Assembly (NCBI RefSeq): GCF_000175255.2
Contig: NC_017262.1
Location: forward strand, 630,001-662,000
Direction of reading: 5' to 3'
Length of the DNA: 32,000 nucleotides
Origin: Zymomonas mobilis subsp. mobilis ATCC 10988
Lineage (GTDB): Bacteria; Pseudomonadota; Alphaproteobacteria; Sphingomonadales; Sphingomonadaceae
A program made the translations under genes and the position numbers. Positions 8,815 through 19,700 of this stretch are shown here, one piece after another (the first letter of the stretch is position 1; every line of letters starts with the position of its first letter). The notes under the pieces were generated by a model, which saw nothing but the letters and a program-made list of their open reading frames with translations, made no database searches and was not told the origin of the DNA.

Positions 8815-10404
8815 TTACCGCCTTTCACGGGTAGCCAAGAAACGAATATCGCTATTGCGTTCGGAAACGTAATTCAATTCCCAGCCATCTTTTGCCATAA
8901 AGATCGGGGCTTTATCACGGTCTTCCGCAATAGAAGACTGATGCGTCGCGATAAAATTAGCCAATATCTTTGGATCATCACAAGCTAGCCAGCGCGCCGT
9001 CTGCCATGGCGACGGTTCCAACGCCGCAGCCACCCGATATTCGGCATCTAATCGGGAAATAAAGACTTCCAACTGCAACTGCCCAACAACACCGATAATC
9101 CACTGCCCACCGATTACTGGATGAAAGACGCGAATAATGCCTTCTTCCGCCATATCATCCAGCGCTTTTCGTAATTGCTTGGATTTTGTCGGATCAGACA
9201 AGACAACACGCCGCAAAATTTCAGGTGCAAAGTCAGGCAACCCCGTAAAGGTCAAATCCTGACTATTCTCGCTCAAGGTATCGCCCACCCGCAAGGTGCC
9301 ATGGTTAGGAATACCGATAATATCCCCCGGAAAGGCCTCATCGGCAACTTCTCGATTCTGGGCAAAAAACAAAATCGGGCTGTGAATGGAAATCGCTTTC
9401 CCTGTTCCGATCTGGTTTAACTTCATACCACGGCGGAACCGACCAGAACAAAGCCGCATAAAGGCCACACGATCCCGATGTGCCGGATTCATATTGGCCT
9501 GCACTTTAAAGATAAAACCATTAACAGAGGGATCATCGGGATTCACTGGCTCTGGGTCAGCAGGCTGTGGCCGAGGGCCCGGTGCATGACGTGCAATGGC
9601 TGAAATCAACTGTTCAACACCGAAATCTTTCAAAGCCGACCCGAAATAAACCGGCGTCAAATCGCCAGATTGATAGGCTTTTTCGTCAAATTCGGCATAA
9701 CCGACTTCCGCTAACTCAACTTCTTCTTTTAAATTCTGGCGGGCATTTTCTGAAATAAGGCTTTCCAATTTGGGATCATCCAAACCAGAAATAACCGTCG
9801 CATCCCCGCGATAGGCATGATTATCTTCTTTTGAAGGCTTTAACAGCTTCTTATGCTCGATATCATAAAGCCCTTCAAACAGGCCGCCCATACCGACAGG
9901 CCAAACCATTGGGCTGACATCCAAAGCCAACTGATCGGCAATCTCATCAAGCAATTCAAAGATAGGCCGTCCTTCCCGATCCACTTTATTGATAAAAGTG
10001 ATAATCGGCACCGACCGCAGACGGCAAACCTCGAATAATTTACGGGTCTGGGCTTCAATACCACGGGCAGCATCAATCACCATGACCGCAGAATCGACCG
10101 CCGTCAAAGTGCGATAAGTATCCTCGGAAAAATCTTCATGCCCCGGCGTGTCCAATAGATTGAAGGTCAAACCATCATATTCAAAGGTCATCACCGAAGA
10201 GGTAACCGAAATACCGCGTTGCTGTTCGATTTTCATCCAGTCCGAACGCGCGCGGCGATTATCGCCACGGGCTTTCACCTCACCGGCCAGATGGATAGCA
10301 CCACCGAAATACAGCAATTTTTCGGTAAGCGTTGTTTTACCGGCATCAGGATGGGAAATAATAGCGAATGTGCGTCTATCTGGGCGTGAAGAATGAGCAG
10401 TCAT
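8815..10404 (-). CDS. prfC: Peptide chain release factor 3
   Basis: RRTFAIISHPDAGKTTLTEKLLYFGGAIHLAGEVKARG...SDWMKIEQQRGISVTSSVM...DTPGHEDFSEDTYRTLTAVDSA...FINKVDREGR. The start is placed at MTAHSSRPDRR (ATG at 10404); the extension up to 10509 does not look conserved. Confidence 0.95.
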   Translation of the reverse strand: MTAHSSRPDRRTFAIISHPDAGKTTLTEKLLYFGGAIHLAGEVKARGDNRRARSDWMKIEQQRGISVTSSVMTFEYDGLTFNLLDTPGHEDFSEDTYRTLTAVDSAVMVIDAARGIEAQTRKLFEVCRLRSVPIITFINKVDREGRPIFELLDEIADQLALDVSPMVWPVGMGGLFEGLYDIEHKKLLKPSKEDNHAYRGDATVISGLDDPKLESLISENARQNLKEEVELAEVGYAEFDEKAYQSGDLTPVYFGSALKDFGVEQLISAIARHAPGPRPQPADPEPVNPDDPSVNGFIFKVQANMNPAHRDRVAFMRLCSGRFRRGMKLNQIGTGKAISIHSPILFFAQNREVADEAFPGDIIGIPNHGTLRVGDTLSENSQDLTFTGLPDFAPEILRRVVLSDPTKSKQLRKALDDMAEEGIIRVFHPVIGGQWIIGVVGQLQLEVFISRLDAEYRVAAALEPSPWQTARWLACDDPKILANFIATHQSSIAEDRDKAPIFMAKDGWELNYVSERNSDIRFLATRERR

Positions 10405-10734
10405 GAAACCTGAATCAAAAAGAAGCCTGTTGGGAAAATCCATCGCTATAAACGATAGTCGGGTCAGGACAGCTTGATCTCCTGACCTTGTCACGCATGA
10501 CATGAACAAAAATCATCTTTTTAGCAAGCAAAAGGCCAAAATCCGCGACAAAATGAATGCTGCTTCTATATCATCCCCAGATCAGAAGAAAATGATTCCA
10601 CCCTTCACCAACCAAAATCCTAAAATAAAATATCCTAAAACGGGGAAAGGCGCCGGTTAACGAAACCGACGCCCAAGGAATTTAGGGATAAGGGTGAAAT
10701 TATAGGATATAAGCTATATGAGTATTGTCGGACG

Positions 10735-11007
10735 TTATTTCGTCTTTTTCTCGACAGATTCTTTAATATCTTCAAATTTTTCCTGTGCGCTTTCTTTCAG
10801 GTCTTCCAAAGCGTCTTTGGCTTTATCAACACCATCGCTGATAGCTTCCTTGGCATTGCCGAAAGCCTTCGAGGCCGCACCCTGAGCTTGCTCAAGAATA
10901 CCCTTGCTCTGCAATTCAGGATCGTCAATCGCCTTACCAAGTTCTTCTTTCCCGGCGCCGACGGCTTTCTGTGCAGTCCCTTTAATTTTATTGTAGGTGC
11001 CTGACAT
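10735..11007 (-). CDS. CsbD-like stress-response protein
   Basis: MSGTYNKIKGTAQKAVGAGKEELGKAIDDPELQSKGILEQAQGAASKAFGNAK matches the CsbD-like pattern, followed by a charged, apolipoprotein-like helical tail. Confidence 0.8.
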   Translation of the reverse strand: MSGTYNKIKGTAQKAVGAGKEELGKAIDDPELQSKGILEQAQGAASKAFGNAKEAISDGVDKAKDALEDLKESAQEKFEDIKESVEKKTK

Positions 11008-11227
11008 ATCTACCTCCTCCATTCAATTAAGACACTTAAACACGACTTAAAATAAAGCCGTTTTTCTTTAAGTGAAACCATCAACATTCGATCTATACTT
11101 CACCAACGAAGGAGAAGAGGAATAGGTTCCCAGAAATATAAAAATTTTTACCGAAAAGGCTTTTTACAATTTACAGGAAAATTTAACAAATTTATGATTC
11201 TTTGCTAAAGAGATTGGGAGTTGTTGT

Positions 11228-11524
11228 ATGATTTATGAATTCTTGCAGATATCTATTAAGGAAAATTCAGAAGATTCTTTTATCGCCGCAGTTGAAAAGG
11301 CGAAACCGTTATTTCTCAATTCACCGGGTTGCGAAGGCATGACTCTGACCCGCTCTCACGAACATAAAGGCCGCTTTTGTCTGGTTATCCGTTGGGAATC
11401 GATAGAAGCCCATGTCGAAGGCTTCCGCAAATCAGATGCCCTGCCGCAATGGCGCGCTTTGGTAAATGAATATTTTTCGGAACCACCCAAAGGCGAACAT
11501 CTTATTCCGGTTTTTGAAGCCTGA
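11228..11524 (+). CDS. Antibiotic biosynthesis monooxygenase (ABM) domain protein
   Basis: 98 aa with MIYEFLQISIKENSEDSFIAAVEKAKPLFLNSPGCEGMTLTRSHEHKGRFCLVIRWESIEAHVEGFRKSDALPQW, the typical ABM fold pattern. Confidence 0.8.
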   Translation: MIYEFLQISIKENSEDSFIAAVEKAKPLFLNSPGCEGMTLTRSHEHKGRFCLVIRWESIEAHVEGFRKSDALPQWRALVNEYFSEPPKGEHLIPVFEA

Positions 11525-11540
11525 AACCCATCCCGAAAAG

Positions 11541-11570
11541 AAAAGCAGGCCAAAAGCCTGCTTTTCCTGT
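11541..11570. terminator. Intrinsic terminator, possibly shared between the convergent ABM gene and thiS-thiG
   Basis: Perfect 10-bp stem AAAAGCAGGC / GCCTGCTTTT with CAAAA loop, in the gap between stop codons at 11524(+) and 11591(-). Confidence 0.7.
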
Positions 11571-11590
11571 TTTTGATTCTAATGGGATAA

Positions 11591-12586
11591 CTAGATCAAA
11601 CCTGCCAACGGACTAGACGGATCCGCATACATCCGTTTTCCCATACGTCCAGCCAGATAGGCCATACGACCGGCTTCAACGGCGGATTTCATTGCCTGTG
11701 CCATCAACACCGGATTTTTAGCTTCGGCAATGGCCGTATTCATCAAAACGGCATCACAGCCCAATTCCAAGGCAACCGCAGCATCAGAAGCGGTGCCGAC
11801 ACCAGCATCGACCAGAACAGGCACCTTCGCAGCTTCAACAATCAGACGCAGCATGACCGGATTTTGTAAACCCAGACCGGAACCGATAGGCGCCCCCAAA
11901 GGCATAATGGCAACAGCTCCTGCATCTTCAAGACGCTTCGCCATAATCGGATCATCGCTACAATAAACCATCGGCTGAAAACCTTCTTTCACAAGGATTT
12001 CAGTCGCCTTCAACGTCTCGACCATATCGGGATAAAGGGTGCGGGCTTCGCCTAAAACTTCCAACTTCACCAAAGTCCAGCCACCGGCTTCCCGTGCTAA
12101 ACGCAAGGTTCTCACGGCTTCTTCTGCATTAAAGCAACCGGCCGTATTGGGGAGAAAACAATATTCTTTCGGGTCGATATAATCGGTCAACATCGGGGCA
12201 GATGTATCAGTCAGATTAACCCGACGCACAGCCACAGTCACGATTTCAGCCCCTGCGGCTTTTACCGCTGCCGCATTCTGGGCATAATCTTTATATTTAC
12301 CGGTGCCGACAATTAAGCGGGATTTGAAGGTATGGCCTGCTACAGACCAGCTATCATCAGACATTAAATTATCACCTCCGCCAACAAAATGGACGATTTC
12401 CAATTGATCGCCCGATTCAATGGTTACATTGCCGAGTTCAGAGCGCGGCACGATTTCGAGATTGCGTTCAACAGCCACCTTGGCCGGATTCAAGCCCAAT
12501 GATTGCGCCAAAGCCGCAATCGTTATTCCGGCTTTCACCTGATGAGGTTCACCATTTAGCTTGATATTGATGAGACTATCACTCAT
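11591..12586 (-). CDS. thiG: Fused sulfur carrier protein ThiS - thiazole synthase ThiG
   Basis: Residues 1-71 are ThiS-like, ending in VHFVGGG. From residue 75 the sequence is ThiG: [23 protein letters not shown]...[24 protein letters not shown]...KLEVLGE...[28 protein letters not shown]. Confidence 0.93.
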   Translation of the reverse strand: MSDSLINIKLNGEPHQVKAGITIAALAQSLGLNPAKVAVERNLEIVPRSELGNVTIESGDQLEIVHFVGGGDNLMSDDSWSVAGHTFKSRLIVGTGKYKDYAQNAAAVKAAGAEIVTVAVRRVNLTDTSAPMLTDYIDPKEYCFLPNTAGCFNAEEAVRTLRLAREAGGWTLVKLEVLGEARTLYPDMVETLKATEILVKEGFQPMVYCSDDPIMAKRLEDAGAVAIMPLGAPIGSGLGLQNPVMLRLIVEAAKVPVLVDAGVGTASDAAVALELGCDAVLMNTAIAEAKNPVLMAQAMKSAVEAGRMAYLAGRMGKRMYADPSSPLAGLI

Positions 12587-12664
12587 GAAAAGCTGCCTTT
12601 GCCTAAGAAATCTAACCTGTTCTATAAAGAGCCTTTACCCCTACTCGCAACCGGAAGTAACATC

Positions 12665-13105
12665 ATGGCCAAAAAGCCGACCATATTTATTCTAAACGGG
12701 CCTAATCTTAATCTCTTGGGATTACGCGAACCGACAATCTACGGGCATCAAACGCTAGAAGACATTGCTAACAAATTAAAACTTCAAGCAGAAAAACTTG
12801 ATGTTACCGTCGAGATAAGACAATCTAATCACGAAGGGGCATTAATTGATTGGCTACAGGAGGCTCAAGCTGTAAAGGCAAAGGCCGTTATCTTGAACGC
12901 AGCGGCCTATACGCATACGTCCGTTGCGATCTATGATGCGATCAGAGCTATAACGGTGCCGGTGATTGAAGTGCATCTTTCCAATCCCCATGCCCGCGAG
13001 GCTTTTCGTCATAAAAGCTATGTCGGAGAGGCCGCATTGGGGACAATTTCCGGATTTGGCGCAGAAAGTTACTCTCTTGCGCTGGACGCTGCCGCCAAGC
13101 TCTGA
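12665..13105 (+). CDS. aroQ: Type II 3-dehydroquinate dehydratase
   Basis: IFILNGPNLNLLGLREPTIYG, QSNHEGALIDW, LNAAAYTHTSVAIYDA, EVHLSNPHAREAFRHKS. ATG at 12665; the track start at 12599 adds a non-conserved extension. Confidence 0.95.
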   Translation: MAKKPTIFILNGPNLNLLGLREPTIYGHQTLEDIANKLKLQAEKLDVTVEIRQSNHEGALIDWLQEAQAVKAKAVILNAAAYTHTSVAIYDAIRAITVPVIEVHLSNPHAREAFRHKSYVGEAALGTISGFGAESYSLALDAAAKL

Positions 13106-13201
13106 CATGGCAGAAACCGTAATAACTATCCGGTTATTACAGTTTATGCCTTAACAATTAATAAATGCCGGATAGCCGGAATAATTTTCGTGAGCGTAAG
13201 A

Positions 13202-13684
13202 ATGACAGAAAAACACAAAGAAGCCATGCAAGTCGATCCCGAATTAGTGAATCAACTCGCAACTTTATTGGATGCGACGAACCTGACTGAAATTGAAGTG
13301 CAGGATGGCGACCGCCGTATTCGTGTCGTTCGCAACGCTACCGTCTATGCCCAGCCACAGACTATTCCTGTTGCCCCGATGCAGCAGGCACCGATGAACA
13401 CAGCATCGGCAGCGCCTGCGGTAGCACCTGTTGCCGAAGCTGCGAATCATCCTGGCACAGTCTATTCGCCTATGGTTGGCACGGCTTATCTGGCACCGGA
13501 ACCCGGCGCTTCCAATTTTGTCCATGTCGGTGACAAGGTCGAAAAAGGCACAATCCTGCTCATTGTCGAAGCCATGAAAGTGATGAATCCGATTGTGGCG
13601 CCCAAAAGCGGGATCATCTCATCAATTATGGTTGAAAACGCCCAGCCGGTCGAATTCGATCAGCCGCTGGTGGTAATAGAGTAA
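13202..13684 (+). CDS. accB: Biotin carboxyl carrier protein of acetyl-CoA carboxylase
   Basis: C-terminal biotinyl domain [17 protein letters not shown]...[25 protein letters not shown] with the biotinylation site EAMKVMN. ATG at 13202; an in-frame GTG exists at 13190. Confidence 0.95.
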   Translation: MTEKHKEAMQVDPELVNQLATLLDATNLTEIEVQDGDRRIRVVRNATVYAQPQTIPVAPMQQAPMNTASAAPAVAPVAEAANHPGTVYSPMVGTAYLAPEPGASNFVHVGDKVEKGTILLIVEAMKVMNPIVAPKSGIISSIMVENAQPVEFDQPLVVIE

Positions 13685-13688
13685 TTCC

Positions 13689-15047
13689 GTGGCCATCAAA
13701 AAAATTCTTATCGCCAATCGCGGTGAAATCGCCCTTCGTATCCATCGTGCCTGTCATGAAATGGGGATTAAAACGGTAGCGGTTCACTCAACCGCCGATG
13801 ACGATGCCATGCATGTTCGTTTGGCGGATGAAACTGTCTGCATCGGCCCCGCTCCCGCGGGTGAAAGTTATCTTAATATCCCGAATATCATCGCCGCTGC
13901 CGAGATTTCCGGTGCCGATGCTGTTCATCCGGGATATGGCTTTTTGTCTGAAAATGCCCGTTTTGCGGAAATCGTCGAAAGCCATGAACTGATCTGGATT
14001 GGGCCCAAGCCGGAACATATCCGTATTATGGGTGACAAGGTAGAAGCCAAGCGGACGGCAGGTAAACTCGGCCTGCCGCTGGTTCCCGGATCAGACGGCC
14101 CCCTTCACGAGATCAGAGAAGCCAAAGCTGTCGCGGCAGAAATCGGCTATCCCGTGCTGATTAAGGCGGCTTCCGGTGGTGGTGGTCGCGGGATGAAAGT
14201 CGTCCAAAGTGAAGACGAACTCGAAAGCCTGATGGCACAAGCCAAATCCGAGGCCAAAGCCGCCTTTGGTGACGACACCATTTATATGGAAAAATATCTG
14301 GCCGCCCCGCGCCATATTGAATTCCAGATTTTTGGTGACGGTGAAGGTCAGGCCATCCATTTGGGTGAACGTGATTGTTCTTTACAACGCCGCCATCAAA
14401 AGGTGCTGGAAGAAGCCCCCTCACCCGTTATCTCTGCAGAACAGCGCGAAGAAATGGGTGGGATCGTCGCCAAGGCCATGTCCGATATGCAGTATCGCGG
14501 CGCAGGCACGATTGAATTTTTATACGAAAACGGGCAATTCTATTTCATCGAAATGAATACCCGTCTTCAGGTCGAACATCCAGTCACAGAAGCGATCACT
14601 GGCTTGGACTTGGTGCGCGAACAAATCCGCGTTGCTGATGGTCAGGGTCTGTCCCGTACACAGGAACAGATTACGTTATCCGGCCATGCCATTGAATGTC
14701 GTATCAATGCCGAGGACCCTGATAATTTCACGCCTTCACCGGGCAAGGTGAAAAATTATCATGCTCCGGGTGGTTTCGGGGTTCGGGTCGATAGCGGCCT
14801 TTATAGCGGTTATGCGATTCCGCCTTACTATGATAGCATGATTGGCAAGCTGATCGTGCATGGTGAAACAAGACAAGAAGCAATCAACCGCCTTTCCCGT
14901 TCTCTGGAAGAATTTATCATTGACGGGATTAAAACGACTATTCCTTTGCAGCGATCACTTCTCGCCAAAGAAGAATTTGTGGATGGCGATTATACGATCA
15001 AATCGCTTGAAGCTTGGTTGGAAGAAAAGAGCTTGAAAAAGATCTGA
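13689..15047 (+). CDS. accC: Biotin carboxylase subunit of acetyl-CoA carboxylase
   Basis: [34 protein letters not shown]...[12 protein letters not shown]...[12 protein letters not shown]...[20 protein letters not shown]...[16 protein letters not shown]; GTG start. Confidence 0.97.
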   Translation: MAIKKILIANRGEIALRIHRACHEMGIKTVAVHSTADDDAMHVRLADETVCIGPAPAGESYLNIPNIIAAAEISGADAVHPGYGFLSENARFAEIVESHELIWIGPKPEHIRIMGDKVEAKRTAGKLGLPLVPGSDGPLHEIREAKAVAAEIGYPVLIKAASGGGGRGMKVVQSEDELESLMAQAKSEAKAAFGDDTIYMEKYLAAPRHIEFQIFGDGEGQAIHLGERDCSLQRRHQKVLEEAPSPVISAEQREEMGGIVAKAMSDMQYRGAGTIEFLYENGQFYFIEMNTRLQVEHPVTEAITGLDLVREQIRVADGQGLSRTQEQITLSGHAIECRINAEDPDNFTPSPGKVKNYHAPGGFGVRVDSGLYSGYAIPPYYDSMIGKLIVHGETRQEAINRLSRSLEEFIIDGIKTTIPLQRSLLAKEEFVDGDYTIKSLEAWLEEKSLKKI

Positions 15048-15070
15048 TGTCATAGACCAAAGATATAACG

Positions 15071-15102
15071 AAAAAGAGCCGGAATTTTCCGGCTCTTTTT
15101 TT
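15071..15102. terminator. Bidirectional intrinsic terminator between convergent accC and cysQ
   Basis: AAAAAGAGCCGGAATTTTCCGGCTCTTTTTTT: GC-rich stem AAAAAGAGCCGG / CCGGCTCTTTTT, with an A tract on one side and a T tract on the other. Confidence 0.88.
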
Positions 15103-15106
15103 ATGC

Positions 15107-15937
15107 TTATTTTTCTACAGGTAAAGGCGGCTGCTCCGATCCATAGGCGATAAAACCGGGGTTGCGATAACCCGGTTTCCCATAGGTCAGATTTTCACCC
15201 GTCTCGTCGATCACATTACCCCCTGCGGCCAAAAGAATGGCATGACCCGCAGCCGTATCCCATTCATGGGTAGGCGATAATCGGGGATAGATGTCCGCTT
15301 TTCCTTCTGCCAATAAACATAATTTCAAAGAAGAACCGGCCTTAATCCGATTTTCGATCGGTAATTGCTTCAAATAGGCCTCGGTTGCAGGGTTATTATG
15401 GGAAAAAGAGGTCATTACATCCCATTTCTTACCCGCTTCACGGATTTGAATGCTATTCCGGTTTTCAATCTGGAAATCTTCAGTCGTATCAGCGGCCCAT
15501 GCCGTTTTAGCCAACACATCGCCGACATAAAGGCGGTTGATTGCCGGCGCATAGATCACACCTAAAATAGGATAGGCCTTTTTAATCAGGGCAATATTGA
15601 CCGTGAATTCATCACGCTTATTCACAAATTCCTGCGTGCCATCAATGGGATCAACCAAGAAAAAGCTGTCGGTATTATACCCCTTCTTGGTTTTGGCGTA
15701 TTCTTCTTCTGCGATGACGGCAACACCGGGTTGCAGCTTTTTCAATCCCTGTAAAATAATCGCTTCAGCTTCCCGATCCGCCTGCGTTACGGGGCTATCG
15801 TCATCTTTCTTCATCACGGTGAAATCACCATGATAAATTTCGAGCGCCCGTTTTCCGGCCTGTAGCGCAATTTGTACCAGACCTTCTAATAACGCAGCCT
15901 GCGGCGAAAGTGATGATAAAAGCATAATGTCTCCCAT
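15107..15937 (-). CDS. cysQ: Inositol monophosphatase-family 3'(2'),5'-bisphosphate nucleotidase
   Basis: SPVTQADREAEAIILQGL, AEEEY, FFLVDPIDGTQEFVNKRDEFTVNIALI, and KLCLLAEGKADIYPRLSPTHEWDTAAGHAILLAAGG are CysQ/IMPase signatures. Confidence 0.9.
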   Translation of the reverse strand: MGDIMLLSSLSPQAALLEGLVQIALQAGKRALEIYHGDFTVMKKDDDSPVTQADREAEAIILQGLKKLQPGVAVIAEEEYAKTKKGYNTDSFFLVDPIDGTQEFVNKRDEFTVNIALIKKAYPILGVIYAPAINRLYVGDVLAKTAWAADTTEDFQIENRNSIQIREAGKKWDVMTSFSHNNPATEAYLKQLPIENRIKAGSSLKLCLLAEGKADIYPRLSPTHEWDTAAGHAILLAAGGNVIDETGENLTYGKPGYRNPGFIAYGSEQPPLPVEK

Positions 15938-16122
15938 AAGGCGGAAGGCTTTTTACAAAAAAACCTTTTTTTCTATTTAAAGCATTTTAGAAACAGATCG
16001 TAGTTTTTTTAAACGACTCTGAAAATAACAATTTCAAAGCTTTTTATGGGCATCAAAATGGCGGTCATCTTTTCTTGTAGAAAAATCTAAGCCCCTTTTT
16101 GAACCAAGGTTACCTTCAATTT

Positions 16123-16593
16123 ATGCCCCAGACGCCTTTCATATCTCGGATCAGAAAATCAAATTCTGGCGATGGGCAGCGTGTTATGGAAATCTGGCGC
16201 GATGCGGTGCAAGAAACACATCTTTTTCTAAAAGCAAAAGATCGTTTTGAAATAGAAAAGTCGCTCTCTGATTTTTTGCCCATGGCATCCTTATGGCTCG
16301 CTGTCGATGACAGCGATAACGCGATAGGATTTATGCTATGCTCTCACAATCATCTTGAAGCGCTTTTTATTGATCCTCATTTTATGGGGCAAGGCATCGG
16401 ACGTAGGCTTGTGCAACAGGCTATTTCTTTTTGTAACGATATCCTGTCCGTTGATGTCAACGAAGAAAATAGCCAAGCTCTTGGCTTCTATCGTCATTTA
16501 GGTTTTATCGAGACAGGCCGATCCAAAACAGATCGCCAAGGCTATCCCTATCCCCTGATTTTTATGCATTTACCTCGAAATATATTAAAATAG
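16123..16593 (+). CDS. GNAT-family N-acetyltransferase
   Basis: IRKSNSGDGQRVMEIWRDAV...LEALFIDPHFMGQGIGRRLVQQAI...VDVNEENSQALGFYRHLGFIETGRS matches GNAT motif A. The track start is a TTG at 16099; ATG at 16123. Confidence 0.85.
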   Translation: MPQTPFISRIRKSNSGDGQRVMEIWRDAVQETHLFLKAKDRFEIEKSLSDFLPMASLWLAVDDSDNAIGFMLCSHNHLEALFIDPHFMGQGIGRRLVQQAISFCNDILSVDVNEENSQALGFYRHLGFIETGRSKTDRQGYPYPLIFMHLPRNILK

Positions 16594-16663
16594 ATATCAG
16601 AAGGCAGATATTCGCTTCTGCCTTGAAAGATGGCTTGAATAAACGGCCTCTCTACCAAGCAAT

Positions 16664-16704
16664 AAAAAAGGCAGCGCTTTTTGGAGCGCTGCCTTTTTTT
16701 AAAA
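16664..16704. terminator. Bidirectional intrinsic terminator between the acetyltransferase gene and rpoC (convergent)
   Basis: AAAAAAGGCAGCGCTTTTTGGAGCGCTGCCTTTTTTT: stem AGGCAGCGCT / AGCGCTGCCT flanked by an A tract and a T tract. Confidence 0.88.
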
Positions 16705-16721
16705 GAAAGAATAATCAGAAA

Positions 16722-19700
16722 TTATTCAGCTGCATCCGGTGTATCCGTGTTGTCGCTTTCGATAGCGATAGTCGGCTGTTCAAAATTAACCGCCTTATTC
16801 GCAGCCCGTAAAGCAGCATCACGGCTGTTAGCTGTCACACGAAGACGCTTCATGGCAGCACCCGTTCCGGCTGGGATCAAACGACCCACAATGACGTTTT
16901 CTTTCAGACCGCTTAAGGTATCAATTTTACCCTGAACAGCGGCTTCCGTCAGAACACGCGTTGTTTCTTGGAAAGATGCGGCAGAAATGAAGCTGCGGGT
17001 CTGCAAGGATGCCTTGGTAATACCCAGCAAGATCGGCGTTGCCTGTGCTGGTTCCTGACCTTGGCTTTCCAATTTAGCATTGACCGCTTCAAAGTCTTCT
17101 TTTTCGACCTGTTCACCCGGCAAGAAGATGCTGTCACCCGCATGGGTAATTTCAACTTTCAGCAACATCTGACGAACAATCGTTTCGATATGCTTATCGT
17201 TGATTTTCACACCCTGCAGACGATACACTTCCTGAATTTCCGAAACCAGATATTCAGCCAAGGCTTCAACACCCAAGACCTCAAGAATATCATGCGGATC
17301 AGGGCTACCGCTAATCAGGTTATCACCCCGTTTAACGTGATCGCCTTCCTGCGCGTCAATAACCTTGGATTTCGGGACCAGATATTCAATCGGTTCCGAA
17401 CCATCATCCGGACGAATGATAACTTTCCGCTTGGCCTTGTAATCCTTACCGAATTCAACGCGACCGGATACTTTCGCAATGATCGCATTTTCTTTCGGCT
17501 TACGGGCTTCAAACAATTCAGCCACACGCGGAAGACCACCGGTAATATCACGGGTCTTGGCCGATTCACGGCTGACACGGGCAAGAACCGTACCGGCCAG
17601 AACTTCCTGACCATCGTCAACGGAAATAACCGTTCCTGGTGACAACATGTAACGGGCAGTCTCGCCAGAATCGCCATTCATCAAGGTCAAACGCGGACGT
17701 AAATCTTCCTTACCACGCGGGGCGCGATATTCGATAACGACACGCTGAGAAATACCGGTGGCTTCGTCAACCTGTTCGGTCAAGGTCTGGTTTTCAACCA
17801 AATCCTGATATTTAACGATACCGGCGCTTTCCGTGATAACCGGAATGGTGAACGGATCCCATTCAGCCAAACGGTCGCCCTTCTTGACCATATCACCATC
17901 GTTATGAAGGAGATGAGCACCCAAGAGAATACGGCTGGAAGCCAGCTCGCGTCCATCAGTGCCGACCAACACAACTTCACCCGTCCGGCTCAAAGCAATT
18001 TGCTTACCCTGCGGATCAATGATCGTGCGAAGATCACGGAACTGCAAACGACCGTCGGTAACGGCTTCCAAATGGGACTGTTCATTCAACTGAGCAGCAC
18101 CACCGATATGGAAGGTACGCATCGTCAACTGGGTTCCCGGTTCACCGATAGACTGGGCGGCGATAACACCGACCGCTTCACCGATATTCACCGGCGTACC
18201 ACGGGCAAGGTCACGACCATAGCAAGCGGCACAAACACCACCATGTGATTCACAGACCAATGGGCTGCGAATTTTCACAGACTGGATACCGATTTTTTCG
18301 ATAACTGCGATATGGGCTTCATCCAACAGGGTGCCGATCGGAATGGCGACCTGACCATCGGTTCCCATGATATCTTCGGCCAAAGTCCGACCCAAAATAC
18401 GTTCACCCAAGGAGGCGATAACATTACCCCCTTGCGTAATCGCTTTCATTTCAAGGGCGCGCTCGGTGCCGCAATCATCTTCAACAACAACGCAATCCTG
18501 ACTGACGTCAACCAAACGACGGGTCAGATAACCAGAGTTCGCGGTTTTCAGAGCCGTATCAGCCAGACCCTTACGGGCACCATGGGTCGAGTTAAAGTAT
18601 TCAAGGACGGTCAAACCTTCCTTAAAGTTCGAAATGATCGGGGTTTCAATGATTTCACCTGACGGTTTTGCCATCAAACCACGCATACCAGCCAGCTGTT
18701 TAATCTGGGCGGCAGAACCACGAGCACCCGAATGCGCCATCATGTAAATGGCGTTAACCGGTAATTCGCGTCCATCCGGTCCTTTATGAACCATCTGGAT
18801 TTCTTTCATCATTTCACCGGCCACGCGATCACCACAACGGGACCAAGCGTCGATGACCTTGTTGTATTTTTCCTGCTGCGTAATCAGACCATCCTGATAT
18901 TGCTGCTCGAAATCCTGAACAAGGGCGCGGGTTTCTTCGACCAAGGCTTCTTTCGCAGCCGGAACGATCATATCATCCTTACCAAAGGAGATACCGGCCT
19001 TACAGGCGTATTTAAAGCCCAAGGACATAATCGCATCAGCAAAAAGAACCGTGTCTTTCTGACCGGTGTGACGATAAACGGTATCGATAACGTCAGCGAT
19101 ATCTTTTTTCGTCAACAGACGGTTGATGGTTTCAAAAGGAACCTTGTAATTCTGCGGCAGGGTTTCACCCAACAGCATCCGACCCGGCGTGGTTTCGACC
19201 CGTTTCATATAGGTCTCGCCCTGCTCATTGACCTGCGGGACACGGCTGATAATCTTGCTGTGCAAGGTAACCGCACCCACATTCAAGGCCTGATGCACTT
19301 CCGTCATATTGGAAAGGCGCATCCCCTCACCCGGTTCATTTTCTTTCAACATTGAAAGATAATAAATACCGAGAACCATATCCTGCGACGGCACGATAAT
19401 CGGCTTACCGTTTGCCGGAGACAGAATATTGTTGGTGGACATCATCAGAACGCGGGCTTCAAGCTGCGCTTCAAGGGACAAAGGCACGTGAACGGCCATC
19501 TGGTCACCATCAAAGTCAGCATTAAAGGCCGAGCAAACCAAAGGATGAAGCTGGATAGCCTTACCTTCGATCAAAACCGGTTCAAAGGCCTGAATACCCA
19601 GACGATGCAAGGTCGGAGCGCGGTTCAACATCACCGGATGTTCGCGGATGACCTCTTCAAGGATATCCCAAACTTCTTTCCGCTCTTTTTCGACCCATTT

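Noticed and set aside
10405-10509. N-terminal extension of RF3 in the track ORF (MFMSCVTRSGDQAVLTRLSF...)
   Set aside because: RF3 proteins begin near the G domain. The ATG at 10404 (MTAHSSRPDRRTFAIISHPDAGKTT) fits much better.
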